Below are positions 40,549 through 49,653 of a stretch of DNA of 64,000 bases, in pieces. Source of the stretch: an uncultured Alphaproteobacteria bacterium. Its GTDB lineage: Bacteria; Pseudomonadota; Alphaproteobacteria; Rs-D84. Every line of letters begins with the position of its first letter. Position 1 is the stretch's first letter. The DNA is taken from positions 65,378 to 129,377 of the forward strand of contig CATLAX010000002.1 of the NCBI GenBank assembly GCA_949878575.1, read 5' to 3'. The notes beneath the pieces are model-generated. The model searched no databases. It saw nothing but the letters and a program-made list of their open reading frames with translations, and was not told the origin of the DNA. The position numbers and the translations under genes were made by a program.

Positions 40549-42114
40549 ATGGCAAAAACGTGTAATACAAGGTGTAATACAGACCACAATATATTATTGC
40601 GAAACAACATTTTTTATTATAGGGTTGAATTACCACGAGAAAACGGTAAAAGACGGTTCTTGTGCAAGTCTTTAAAGACATATAATTACTATGAAGCACG
40701 GGAAAAGGCTAAAATTATGGCTGAACAACTGCAAAATTTTGAAGTGCACGAATTCATTAAATCCATAGAATTATTGTGGAATCAGTTAAGTTTTGGCTAC
40801 GAATACCCAAATTTTGGTAAAAATATTTATGGTTTTATGCCGAATACCCCCATACGAACCATTTTGCCAGATTCTAGACCAGAAATTATCAATGGTCTGT
40901 TAGAAAAAGCAGATAAATTAAACCTGATTAAAAATAAGTCTTTGTCTGCACACGAAAAATCCGTTATAAAATTACTGAAAGAAAACAAAGAAAAACTGAT
41001 AGAATTGCAAGAAGATAATAATAAATTATTGGATAAAAATAACCGATTACTTGAAATGCTAATTTCTCATCAGGCCGCGAACACCGTGGCACAACAACCA
41101 AAAGTTGTTAAACATACGGTCGGGGAAATTTTGACATCTATGGTAAAGACGGCAAATAATGAAAAAGCCGAATCCGACCGAAAATATCCTGCAATAAAAA
41201 AACTTATTCAAGATGTCGGACTCGGGCTTGATTCTGATTATATGGATTTTTACAAACCGGAAATCATGCATAAAATTGGAGATTCTGTCCGTAATATGCC
41301 CAATGTAAAAAGTGGCACACAGCGAAAATACATCCAATATGTTATCCAGTTGATAAAGCACGCCCATATTTTGGAACCTGATACATATAAAGAAAATCTG
41401 ATACAAATATTACCAAAATTTGAAAAGACACCGAAATCTCAACAGAAACCGCACATGCCGTATACTGACGACCAGTTGTCGGAAATGTTTGACCCAAAAC
41501 ACGACTTTTTCAAAAAGAATCCCGACCAATTCTGGACAGCAATGATTGCATTGTTTACGGGTTCACGACAAAATGCCGCAATGACCCTGCAATATGGGGA
41601 CGTGCTTAAAAAAGATGGTTTGGATTGTATCCATTTTACTGAAAATCACTCCATTAAACACCTTAAAACAGAAGCCTCTGAACGTATTGTCCCGATAGCA
41701 CAACAATTCTTAAATTTGGGATTTGTAGAATATGTGCGGAACAGACAGGCAAAATTAAAGGCAGCAGATACAGATTTTATATTTCCGAAATGTCAAACCA
41801 GTGGTGGACAGGAAAATAATAAATTTGCAACCCGTGGAATATTAAAATTCTTGTCGGATATTGATATTAAAGATAAAAACGGGGATAAACAGGATTTTCA
41901 TTCTTTCCGTAAAAATGCCAGTTTAAGACTGCAAAAAGTGGGAGTTTTACCAACCTTTATCAATGACATTATTGGTTGGGAAGGCAAAAGCACAATGGAA
42001 CAATCCTATTCCAATCACAGATTACCCGAAATCAAGGAACAGGTGGATAAATTAAACTATGATTTCCTGCAACCGCATTTTGACAAGTGGAAAGAAATAA
42101 TGAAAGGGGTATAA
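40549..42114 (+). CDS. Tyrosine-type site-specific integrase (phage integrase family)
   Basis: C-terminal catalytic signature R...HSFRK...Y (HSFRKNASLRL; ...EQSYSNHRL). Located immediately 3' of the tRNA. The true start may be an internal Met (e.g. MAEQLQ). Confidence 0.8.
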   Translation: MAKTCNTRCNTDHNILLRNNIFYYRVELPRENGKRRFLCKSLKTYNYYEAREKAKIMAEQLQNFEVHEFIKSIELLWNQLSFGYEYPNFGKNIYGFMPNTPIRTILPDSRPEIINGLLEKADKLNLIKNKSLSAHEKSVIKLLKENKEKLIELQEDNNKLLDKNNRLLEMLISHQAANTVAQQPKVVKHTVGEILTSMVKTANNEKAESDRKYPAIKKLIQDVGLGLDSDYMDFYKPEIMHKIGDSVRNMPNVKSGTQRKYIQYVIQLIKHAHILEPDTYKENLIQILPKFEKTPKSQQKPHMPYTDDQLSEMFDPKHDFFKKNPDQFWTAMIALFTGSRQNAAMTLQYGDVLKKDGLDCIHFTENHSIKHLKTEASERIVPIAQQFLNLGFVEYVRNRQAKLKAADTDFIFPKCQTSGGQENNKFATRGILKFLSDIDIKDKNGDKQDFHSFRKNASLRLQKVGVLPTFINDIIGWEGKSTMEQSYSNHRLPEIKEQVDKLNYDFLQPHFDKWKEIMKGV

Positions 42115-42421
42115 CAATATCCCTTTTTTTTCGGTTTACATTTTATAATCCATTAAATATAATAGGTTTTGAATCAGTGGGGACACTGGTTCGGGGTCAT
42201 CTCAGGCCTAGTATGTTCGGTGCAAAACATAGAATACATCGTGATTCCGATTTCCTATGTTTTGACGTCGTTATTATCCCTGACTGTTATAGTCGGGGAG
42301 CTGTTGGTTATAAAACACGGTTTTTCCGAAAGACCAATGGGGTCAATAACATACTGATTTGAGAACTCCCCGACCGCTAGTGTTCTGCTAGTGGTCTAAT
42401 TTTTATACAAAGGGGAAAAAT

Positions 42422-42943
42422 ATGTTTCTTGTTTTGGCTTTGATATATTTCTTGCCAACAATAATCGCAATATGCAGAAAGTGCAATATTGGGCTTACGT
42501 TATTGGTAAACTTGTTCCTGGGGTGGACATGTATAGGTTGGATTGTTGCGTTGGTTCTGGCATTAAAAGGTACTGAATCCGTCCGAAATCAACCAACCAT
42601 TGTGATAAACAATACAAATGCCGATGGAAATGCAAAAATTCAACAAGACGTGAGAAATATAGCCCAAGACAAATACGCAGATAAAACAGAAAAAAGCATG
42701 CGTGGTGCAAGTCCATTAGCTGTTGGAATATGGTCTGCAATATTGGGAATATTTGGTTTAGCGTGGATTGGAACATTTGACCCAACAATGGGTTTTATCG
42801 CATTACTGGGGTTGGCTGGTTTGGGCTTTGAGGCTTGGGAATGGCTAAAAGTAAAATTTAACGATTCCATTGAACAAGCCGCACAAAAGAAGTCTCAAGA
42901 ACTCAAACAACAATTAAATAAAAAAGGAGCAAAAAATGACTGA
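42422..42943 (+). CDS. Superinfection-immunity (Imm)-like membrane protein
   Basis: The N-terminal YFLPTIIA...NLFLGWTCIGWIVALVLAL matches the Imm_superinfect family pattern. Additional C-terminal TM helices. Confidence 0.45.
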   Translation: MFLVLALIYFLPTIIAICRKCNIGLTLLVNLFLGWTCIGWIVALVLALKGTESVRNQPTIVINNTNADGNAKIQQDVRNIAQDKYADKTEKSMRGASPLAVGIWSAILGIFGLAWIGTFDPTMGFIALLGLAGLGFEAWEWLKVKFNDSIEQAAQKKSQELKQQLNKKGAKND

Positions 42944-43403
42944 AAACAAACCAACAAATATAGCCTTTAATAAAACAATTCTGTATTTTATGGCTATAGG
43001 CTGTATTCTTGTCGCACTGGTTTTATTTTTTAATAGAAACAATGCCGAGTTAAACATGGGAAGCAGTCTTATTTTTTATATAATTTGGGGTTGTATACTA
43101 TTATTTGGATTTGGTGGATTTAAACTGCTGTATAAAACATTTGGTGATAACCAACCTGCAATAGAATTCAATCCAAAAGGAATGATAATACACAGTTTGC
43201 AAAACGAAAAGTTGAACAAATATGTTTTATGGAAAGATGTTGCCGACATAGAAATGGGAGCAAATGGTAAAATCCGTATAAAATATAAAGATACCAACTT
43301 AGACGCAGAGGAAATAACATCGTATTTGTTCAATATCCCCAAACAGGAATTATTCAAAGTTTTATATTCGTATGCAAAACAGTATGGGGATATAAAAAAC
43401 TAA
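42936..43403 (+). CDS. Hypothetical 2-TM membrane protein (island cargo)
   Basis: 155 aa with two N-terminal TM helices and a cytoplasmic domain. Overlaps the preceding gene (ATGA coupling). RBS aaaaggagcaaaaaATG. Confidence 0.45.
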   Translation: MTENKPTNIAFNKTILYFMAIGCILVALVLFFNRNNAELNMGSSLIFYIIWGCILLFGFGGFKLLYKTFGDNQPAIEFNPKGMIIHSLQNEKLNKYVLWKDVADIEMGANGKIRIKYKDTNLDAEEITSYLFNIPKQELFKVLYSYAKQYGDIKN

Positions 43404-43429
43404 GCATATTATAAACAAAGGAGAAAAAT

Positions 43430-43858
43430 ATGTATACAAATAATGCAGCAAAATCAAATTCTGTAATAGGCTGGTTGGCAGCATTCGGATATATTATTGG
43501 TTATGTCCTGCTTTTATTTATAGGCCAAGCCGCTACTTGGATTAGTGTAATTTTATGTGTAGTAGACCGTCAAACCTTAAAAACATACGGTAAACATATT
43601 GCATTGGGTTGGTGTTTGTTACCACCTGTTTATATGTATAAACGTGCCAAAGTGTTGAATGATGGTTTTACAAAATTCTGGGTAAATTTAATAACCGCAA
43701 TCATATTCATTATATTAGCAGTTTATGCCGTGGTTCATACGACATCTTGTATGACGCAAGCATTGCCGTATTTTAATAATAATCACGAAATTGCAGCCCA
43801 GTTCTGTCAATGCACATTGGGTAATTCACCAGAAGAATGTTTGCGAAATTTGTTATAA
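43430..43858 (+). CDS. Hypothetical membrane protein (island cargo)
   Basis: 142 aa with three hydrophobic segments. RBS aaggagaaaaatATG. Confidence 0.45.
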   Translation: MYTNNAAKSNSVIGWLAAFGYIIGYVLLLFIGQAATWISVILCVVDRQTLKTYGKHIALGWCLLPPVYMYKRAKVLNDGFTKFWVNLITAIIFIILAVYAVVHTTSCMTQALPYFNNNHEIAAQFCQCTLGNSPEECLRNLL

Positions 43859-43949
43859 CCAATGTAAGGCAGATGTAAATCTGCCTTTTAAATACTCATT
43901 TTTACCTGGGCGACTGCCATTTGACGAATATATAATTGTATAAAACAAG

Positions 43950-44147
43950 GTGGCAAAAATGAAAATTGCATACGCTAAACAGTCTGGGAATATGGTAAGT
44001 CTTTATGACCCGAATAACCGTGAATATGTCCGTATATCTGGTGAACTGGTGTCTTATACATCTGAATTTGTAATAACCCGTGGCAGTGGGATAAATGGAC
44101 CAAAACACATTTATAATGCCTGTGGTCGGTGGGTTCGTGATATTTAA
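43950..44147 (+). CDS. Small hypothetical protein (island cargo)
   Basis: 65 aa. RBS aaggtggcaaaaATG. Confidence 0.35.
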   Translation: MAKMKIAYAKQSGNMVSLYDPNNREYVRISGELVSYTSEFVITRGSGINGPKHIYNACGRWVRDI

Positions 44148-44650
44148 TGCTGAAATGTCGGCAGGTTGAATAACGTCTCGGAAAATATCAATCTGTCCGT
44201 ATTAAAATGTCCTAGGTTATCCGCCGTGATTTCTTTTGTTATATACCCGTTTAATATATCTGGGGTTCGGTCTATTTCCTGCAAATCAAGAGTCCTGTCG
44301 GTCAATTTTAATTTTTCCGTTATATTATCCAGCGCAGTTTGAATTTCCGTGTCTGTGTATTTTGGAGCCCATAATAACAAATGCAGGTGCCAGACTTTAT
44401 TTGCCCCCAGTTCTGCCGTTCCGACAAAATGCACTGGGTTCCGATTCCAATGACGCCCGACAAGGGATTTTTCAAAATGCCGTATTATTTTATGAAATTT
44501 TGGCAGAGCCCTTTCAAAACTATCCGTATATGCCCCTATCGGTAGTCGGACGGTCAAGAAATGTGAAAATATTTGATTGTTTAACCAGTCTTGCAAGGAT
44601 TCCTGTATTTTCTGGGTTTGTGTCGGGCTGTAATAAGTTATGTTTTTCAT
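44144..44650 (-). CDS. Small rolling-circle replication initiator-like protein (HUH endonuclease motifs)
   Basis: The three ordered RCR motifs are present: FLTVRL (motif I-like), VWHLHLLLW (HUH, motif II) and NGYITKE (YxxK, motif III). Confidence 0.5.
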   Translation of the reverse strand: MKNITYYSPTQTQKIQESLQDWLNNQIFSHFLTVRLPIGAYTDSFERALPKFHKIIRHFEKSLVGRHWNRNPVHFVGTAELGANKVWHLHLLLWAPKYTDTEIQTALDNITEKLKLTDRTLDLQEIDRTPDILNGYITKEITADNLGHFNTDRLIFSETLFNLPTFQH

Positions 44651-45187
44651 TTATTGCTCTTTTTTATTTTAATGAGTCCAGATAAAGCAATTCCCAGTTG
44701 ATAAGGGATTTATATATCTTTATTTTCTCTGCATTCTGGATATAAATTTTTATGGTTAAAATTCATTTATATTTATGTAATCTGGTATAAAACGATACTT
44801 GGCGGAAATTTCGCCATAACGCGAGGTGCCGAAATTCCAGACAAAATCCGTCAATATGGCTATATATGAGCCCACACCAGAGGGATAATGTCGTTAAAAC
44901 ATACCCGAACCCTTACCAGATGGCCTGTCTAGTAAGGGTCGGATATTTTGCACATGCACAATACGAAAAGGCCTTTTTCGTCTGACCCGGGGGAGTATTT
45001 ATTATTTGAGTTCAGAAAGAACCACGATTTTCCCCGTTCTGTATCCCCGGGGCGACGTTTTACCGCTCCGAGGTATATATTAGAACTGTGTTCGTATAAT
45101 TATATTTTTGTGTAAAACTTTTTGTTTTATAAATATTTATAGGGGGAGTATAAATAAAATGGGAAACTGGGAAAGTGGGATTTTCGG

Positions 45188-45214
45188 GTAAAAAAAAGTG
45201 GGGAAATTCCCCAC
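45188..45214 (-). terminator. Rho-independent terminator after helicase gene
   Basis: Perfect palindrome gtggggaa-a-ttccccac followed by a T8 run on the minus strand. Confidence 0.5.
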
Positions 45215-45231
45215 CGTTTTTAATATGTAAT

Positions 45232-47070
45232 TTAATCCGTTGTCGGTAAAAACATTTCTGAAACAAATTTATATAGTCTCGGAGTTCCTTGATATGGCAC
45301 CTGCTTTTTTCGCGCAATATGTGTACCGTCTTTATCTGGCTCAATCCAACCCCATTCTACCAGTTTCTTTTTTGCCCGAGATGTGGGAAACCCTTTCAAA
45401 ATGGTGTTTTCCAAGACTTCTGGATAAACCCAGTAAATACATTTATTCCCAAGTTTACCTTCAAAATATCCGGCCATATCGTATACCTTATCGTCCGTAC
45501 CGCAGTATGTAATGTCCTTGAATTTGGAAAATCCATTACATTCAAAAAATAGCCGTACTTGCCGTTTTAAACGCTCCGTTTCCGTCAGTCGGTCAGGATT
45601 ATCTCGCCATTCATTAAACAGTTGTAAAGCAGCATCTTTTGCAACACCGAACTCCCAACCTGTTATTCCCCAATGGGTTGCCAATTCCCCCGCAAAACCA
45701 ACCAGTGCAAACCGCTTAAACGCCCGATTTTCGGCAGACTCCATATCGGTTGGTAATTTGGCTCGTAATGGCTCAAAGAATCTCTTAAAACTAGCCTGAA
45801 CTTCATCTTTGACAACAACCAAGGATTCCAAAAACTGTACTAATGGAACCCCATAAAATTTTCCAGTGCATTCATTAAGGTGTTCGGCAAATTTTCCCCC
45901 GTTTTCAAAACCGTGCAAATTGTCAAAAATACCGCTGATAGAATTTTGTGATACCGCAGGAATACTGATGAAACGAATTTCCTGCCCGTCCTTAATCGTC
46001 TTTCTAGATTCTGCAATATGGGTTTGAAAATCGATTTCGCCAGATGACAGAAATAAAGTAATCCATTTTTTTACGGCTCGTTTAGTCCACGTATGGTTAA
46101 AACGCCCTTTACCTTGCCCATTTGCAAGCATATACGCAACATTCCCCGTTATGGAACTAGGTAATTGTCCAACTTCGTCCAATACCAACAATGTATCGTT
46201 GTGAGATTCCGCCGTACTTTCTAGTGCATTATCTGTCGTCCGCCAAGAGTGCATATAATCCCTGTTTCCGCATACTGAGGTTGCCACTTTTAGCAAAGTC
46301 GTTTTTCCTGTGGAAGTCCGTCCATAAATATGAAAACCACCACCCTCTATATCACAAAGACGTAGCAAAGGTGCTGCAAAGGCACAACTTACCCCGAAAA
46401 TCAATCTGGAATTCCCAGTACAATACTGACCGATTTGGCTTTTCCATTCGTCCAAAGTTCCTTGGCAGATGTAACCGTTCGCATCGTCTGAATTGAAATA
46501 TAACTTGGCATTCTGCGTTCCTATAATTTTGGTTGGCAGAACGAAATTCTTTTCCGCCCACCCAGTGCGTTTGGTTTCCAAAATGATTTCCTGGGGTTTA
46601 AAATTGGTTATATATTCGCACAAACGGTTTTGTTCACATTTCAAGACGAAAAAGCCTTCCAGTAATAACTCCGATATAACCTCATTACCTCTAGCCAGGG
46701 AGTCCCTTGGTATATACTTTTGGCAGAGTTTGTCTTCAAAATTCTTAAATTCGACCAAAACACCCCACGATTTTGCGTCCTTGGTTTTGGTCAGTTTGGA
46801 CACATTGATATAATTTGAAACCCGACTATACACCACATTATTCGGTCCCTCGCTATCGGGGCTTTCAATTGACTCTACATGGAATAATCCATAATCCCGT
46901 AAGATAAAGCCGCCTGGAGTTCCTGGTAGCTGACGCAAACTTTCCTGTTCAAACTGTTCATAACTTACAGAAAATCTATTTAATTGCTTTAAAAACTCCT
47001 GTTCTTTATCGGACGTTCTGGGGTCATCTTGTGCTTGGTCTAATAAATCTTCAATTTTTGAATCGCTCAT
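45232..47070 (-). CDS. SF3 helicase/primase-associated ATPase (P4/D5-type replicative protein)
   Basis: Walker A GRTSTGKTT, Walker B LLVLDEVGQL, downstream motif C. 612 aa with an N-terminal domain of unknown type. Confidence 0.65.
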   Translation of the reverse strand: MSDSKIEDLLDQAQDDPRTSDKEQEFLKQLNRFSVSYEQFEQESLRQLPGTPGGFILRDYGLFHVESIESPDSEGPNNVVYSRVSNYINVSKLTKTKDAKSWGVLVEFKNFEDKLCQKYIPRDSLARGNEVISELLLEGFFVLKCEQNRLCEYITNFKPQEIILETKRTGWAEKNFVLPTKIIGTQNAKLYFNSDDANGYICQGTLDEWKSQIGQYCTGNSRLIFGVSCAFAAPLLRLCDIEGGGFHIYGRTSTGKTTLLKVATSVCGNRDYMHSWRTTDNALESTAESHNDTLLVLDEVGQLPSSITGNVAYMLANGQGKGRFNHTWTKRAVKKWITLFLSSGEIDFQTHIAESRKTIKDGQEIRFISIPAVSQNSISGIFDNLHGFENGGKFAEHLNECTGKFYGVPLVQFLESLVVVKDEVQASFKRFFEPLRAKLPTDMESAENRAFKRFALVGFAGELATHWGITGWEFGVAKDAALQLFNEWRDNPDRLTETERLKRQVRLFFECNGFSKFKDITYCGTDDKVYDMAGYFEGKLGNKCIYWVYPEVLENTILKGFPTSRAKKKLVEWGWIEPDKDGTHIARKKQVPYQGTPRLYKFVSEMFLPTTD

Positions 47071-47374
47071 TTTATCACCTATATAATTTTAAAAGTTTGC
47101 AAAAAACACGTCCATTTTTTTATAAATGGAAAGTATTTTGCGGTTTAATTTTCGGAAATAGGAGGCCACCCTAATGCCTTACGCAAACACTAACCCCGTT
47201 TTTTTGTGGTCGCAATAAATAAATTTCATTTTTACGAAGAAATTTTCAATTGTTTGAAAAATTCCCGAAATATCAAAGGGTTTATAATAATGCACTTAAC
47301 CGACTCAATGGAAAATAATTTATAAAAATACCCGTTTACATTGTCTGAAAATGGTATACAATAGAATTGCAAAA

Positions 47375-47396
47375 GTGTAATACAAGGTGTAATACA
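47375..47396 (+). repeat. Copy of 22-bp sequence gtgtaatacaaggtgtaataca (also at 40560-40581 at integrase 5' end)
   Basis: Exact 22-bp duplicate, itself an internal direct repeat of gtgtaataca. Confidence 0.6.
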
Positions 47397-47469
47397 TTTT
47401 AACAATTTTGATGGTAGGAATCTGGGAAAAGGTTAAAATCCTAGGGTTTTATAAACTTATGGTTTGTTC

Positions 47470-47493
47470 CCCTGTGTCCCCACCAGAATAAAA
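47470..47493 (+). repeat. attR core (direct repeat of tRNA-Lys 3' end)
   Basis: Exact 24-bp match to 40398-40421. Confidence 0.8.
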
Positions 47494-47536
47494 CACACCG
47501 CATTGCGGTGTTTTTATATGTACAAAGGAATACAAT

Positions 47537-47935
47537 ATGTACAAATACGAATTTAAAAAACGCTGTGCCCAGGTTAAATATACATGGCGGCATAAAATCG
47601 CATTTTTGCGTGTTGAAAAAGGCCTGACCGGACACAATACAATCCGCGGGTATCTGCATGATACGGATAAACTGGTGCTGTATTGGATACCATGGATGTC
47701 AAAGGCCAACGTGCATAAATTTCATCGCGCACATTCGCGCCACCATCTGGAAAACAGCATTAGAAAAAGTTACAAAGACTATGTCGCAATGATAATTGAC
47801 TGGGAATGCGCACGCGCAACAAAACCAGACAAACCGTTGAACGCATATGAAACGCTGATGCGATTTTATCCACAGCATCGCGATGCAATCCTGCCTGTAT
47901 TACAGCGATTGTTGCCGGAACAAATACAGCGATAA
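47537..47935 (+). CDS. Hypothetical protein (possible small HD-motif protein)
   Basis: 132 aa. The H...HD...K spacing in GHNTIRGYLHDTDK gives a weak HD-like motif. RBS aaaggaatacaatATG. Confidence 0.35.
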   Translation: MYKYEFKKRCAQVKYTWRHKIAFLRVEKGLTGHNTIRGYLHDTDKLVLYWIPWMSKANVHKFHRAHSRHHLENSIRKSYKDYVAMIIDWECARATKPDKPLNAYETLMRFYPQHRDAILPVLQRLLPEQIQR

Positions 47936-48006
47936 CGACACATTTTTTATATTGAACGACGACATCAAATGAATATAATCCGTATAAATTTATACGGAGA
48001 ATTTAT

Positions 48007-49014
48007 ATGACATTCAAAAATCGTCTGGCGAAGATATTGTTGTGGATATCCATAACCCTGCTGACGTGCGCATTCGGATTAATGGCGGCGCACCTGTACC
48101 TGGGGGACAGACATTTTGACACCGGACGAAATTTCTTTCCACCGGAATCACAGTTTTTAAATATGGACGCCACGGATTTTAATTTTGCCGTCATGGCCGA
48201 TTCCGGCAACAACAACCTGGTTCTGGAAAAAATTATCCGCCATGCACGACGTTCCGACACCAAATATGACTTTATTTTGTACCTGGGCGATTTGGTAATG
48301 AACAGGCACGAAACATATTTTTACTGGATGCTGTCGGAAATACAGCCAAAACTGCACCACAAACCATTTTACATGGTTCCCGGAAATCATGATGTCATTC
48401 ACGACGGCGATACGGACAAATCTTTTTATCGCAGCGTAATGGGGCCGACATATTACTGGTTCGGATATGGCGACACCCTGTTCATCGGTCTGGATTCATC
48501 GGCCGAATACATGGAAGAAGAGCAGTTCCTGTGGCTGGAAAACACACTAAACAAGATCAGGCCGAATTTTAGTCACTGCATAATTTTCAGCCACCGCCCC
48601 CCCCAGATTGTTCCAGGACGCCGCGATCATAAAATGGATGACGCGTCTATTGCCCGTCTGCGCCAAATTGTACGCAGACACCGCAATAAAATAGACGCCA
48701 TGTTCTTTGGCCACGTGCATTATTTTTCAGAACAAAAATTTGAGGGCGTTCCGATTTACACCGCCCCCACCGCCGGCCAGGGTTCATCCGTTGATAAACG
48801 TTTCGGATATATCGGCGTACAGGTGACCCGCAAAGGCGTCACAGACGTGCGTCCCGTATTTATAGAACCGCCGGAATACAGACGCGAATATTTTGAAATA
48901 TTTTGGGCGGCGCATATTCTGACCCCAAAACTGCGCGGAATTGTCACCGTGATGCTGATATTAAGCGCCGTGTCATCCGCGGGATACCTGGCGATGCGCC
49001 GCAAGAATGCATAA
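48007..49014 (+). CDS. Membrane-anchored calcineurin-like metallophosphoesterase
   Basis: N-terminal TM. Metallophosphatase motifs include LGDLV, GNHD, and GHVH. Confidence 0.7.
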   Translation: MTFKNRLAKILLWISITLLTCAFGLMAAHLYLGDRHFDTGRNFFPPESQFLNMDATDFNFAVMADSGNNNLVLEKIIRHARRSDTKYDFILYLGDLVMNRHETYFYWMLSEIQPKLHHKPFYMVPGNHDVIHDGDTDKSFYRSVMGPTYYWFGYGDTLFIGLDSSAEYMEEEQFLWLENTLNKIRPNFSHCIIFSHRPPQIVPGRRDHKMDDASIARLRQIVRRHRNKIDAMFFGHVHYFSEQKFEGVPIYTAPTAGQGSSVDKRFGYIGVQVTRKGVTDVRPVFIEPPEYRREYFEIFWAAHILTPKLRGIVTVMLILSAVSSAGYLAMRRKNA

Positions 49015-49044
49015 CAAATGTGACTGCGGCAGAAAAACACGACA

Positions 49045-49076
49045 ATAAAAAACGCCCAAAACGGGCGTTTTTTATT
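49045..49076. terminator. Bidirectional rho-independent terminator
   Basis: Hairpin aacgccc-aaaac-gggcgtt flanked by A/T runs. Confidence 0.6.
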
Positions 49077-49081
49077 TTGGT

Positions 49082-49231
49082 TTAGCAACCGCCGGTCGCG
49101 TTACCAATAATTTTGGAAATAGAAATATCCTTGTGCAGCAAGAAATCATATTCGCAGTTGCCGGACTTATAAGAACCGGTGCAAGCAGCCAATGTCATAA
49201 CGGCGAACAGCGCCAACATTACTTTTTTCAT
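49082..49231 (-). CDS. Small lipoprotein (49 aa, entericidin-like size)
   Basis: Hand-translated as MKKVMLALFAVMTLAACTGSYKSGNCEYDF... with lipobox LAAC. RBS aaggagaagttagATG. Not in the ORF track because it is under 60 aa. Confidence 0.4.
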   Translation of the reverse strand: MKKVMLALFAVMTLAACTGSYKSGNCEYDFLLHKDISISKIIGNATGGC

Positions 49232-49299
49232 CTAACTTCTCCTTTTTCTTTAAAAAAGCAGGATTATTATAATAGGAATTGAGTCTTTTTTCAAGTTTT

Positions 49300-49653
49300 T
49301 TATATGGCGCCACGAATCCAGTGAATTTTGCGTCCGGAAACAATAATCACATCAAACCGAGCATCGCCGCGAAAACGCGTGCGGGCAATATACGATTCCG
49401 CCGCCGCACGCAGACGCCCGGCCTGGGCCGGTGTTATAGCATCCCATGCGCCGCAAATATCGGAATATCCCTTTACCTCTACAAAAATCAGCAAATTGCC
49501 CCGCCGTGCGATTATATCTATTTCGGCCCGCCCCGTACGGCGCCCGGTGACATACCTGCTTTTTACAATACGAAAACCGCGAAAGCGCAAATACCAGCGC
49601 GCCCGGAATTCGGCCGCCAGCCCCTTTTGATAACACGTCTGATTAAAATGCAT
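49300..49653 (-). CDS. YraN family (UPF0102) endonuclease
   Basis: GRAEIDIIAR..LIFVEVK matches the YraN signature (GEIDLI...VEVK). Confidence 0.7.
   Translation of the reverse strand: MHFNQTCYQKGLAAEFRARWYLRFRGFRIVKSRYVTGRRTGRAEIDIIARRGNLLIFVEVKGYSDICGAWDAITPAQAGRLRAAAESYIARTRFRGDARFDVIIVSGRKIHWIRGAI

Larger units (their letters stand above)
40398..47493 (+). mobile_element. Integrative element (7.1 kb) inserted at tRNA-Lys 3' end: integrase + immunity/membrane cargo + HUH Rep + SF3 helicase
   Basis: The 24-bp direct repeats ccctgtgtccccaccagaataaaa at 40398-40421 (overlapping the tRNA 3' end) and 47470-47493 bound the element. A tyrosine integrase lies next to attL. A replication module is near attR. 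Confidence 0.75.

Noticed and set aside
40379-40675. 98-aa ORF spanning the tRNA-Lys 3' end and attL repeats
   Set aside because: It overlaps the tRNA and the att/arm repeat region. Its periodicity comes from the ttagaaatccaaca DNA repeats and not from coding constraint.
42087-42362. 91-aa ORF overlapping the integrase 3' end
   Set aside because: It overlaps the last codons of int and runs through a region with short direct repeats (gctagtg x2). It has no RBS and is probably non-coding spacer.
40560-47396. gtgtaatacaaggtgtaataca repeats considered as a CRISPR-like array
   Set aside because: Only two 10-bp units per locus and two loci were found, with no regular spacers. This is consistent with recombinase binding sites, not CRISPR.
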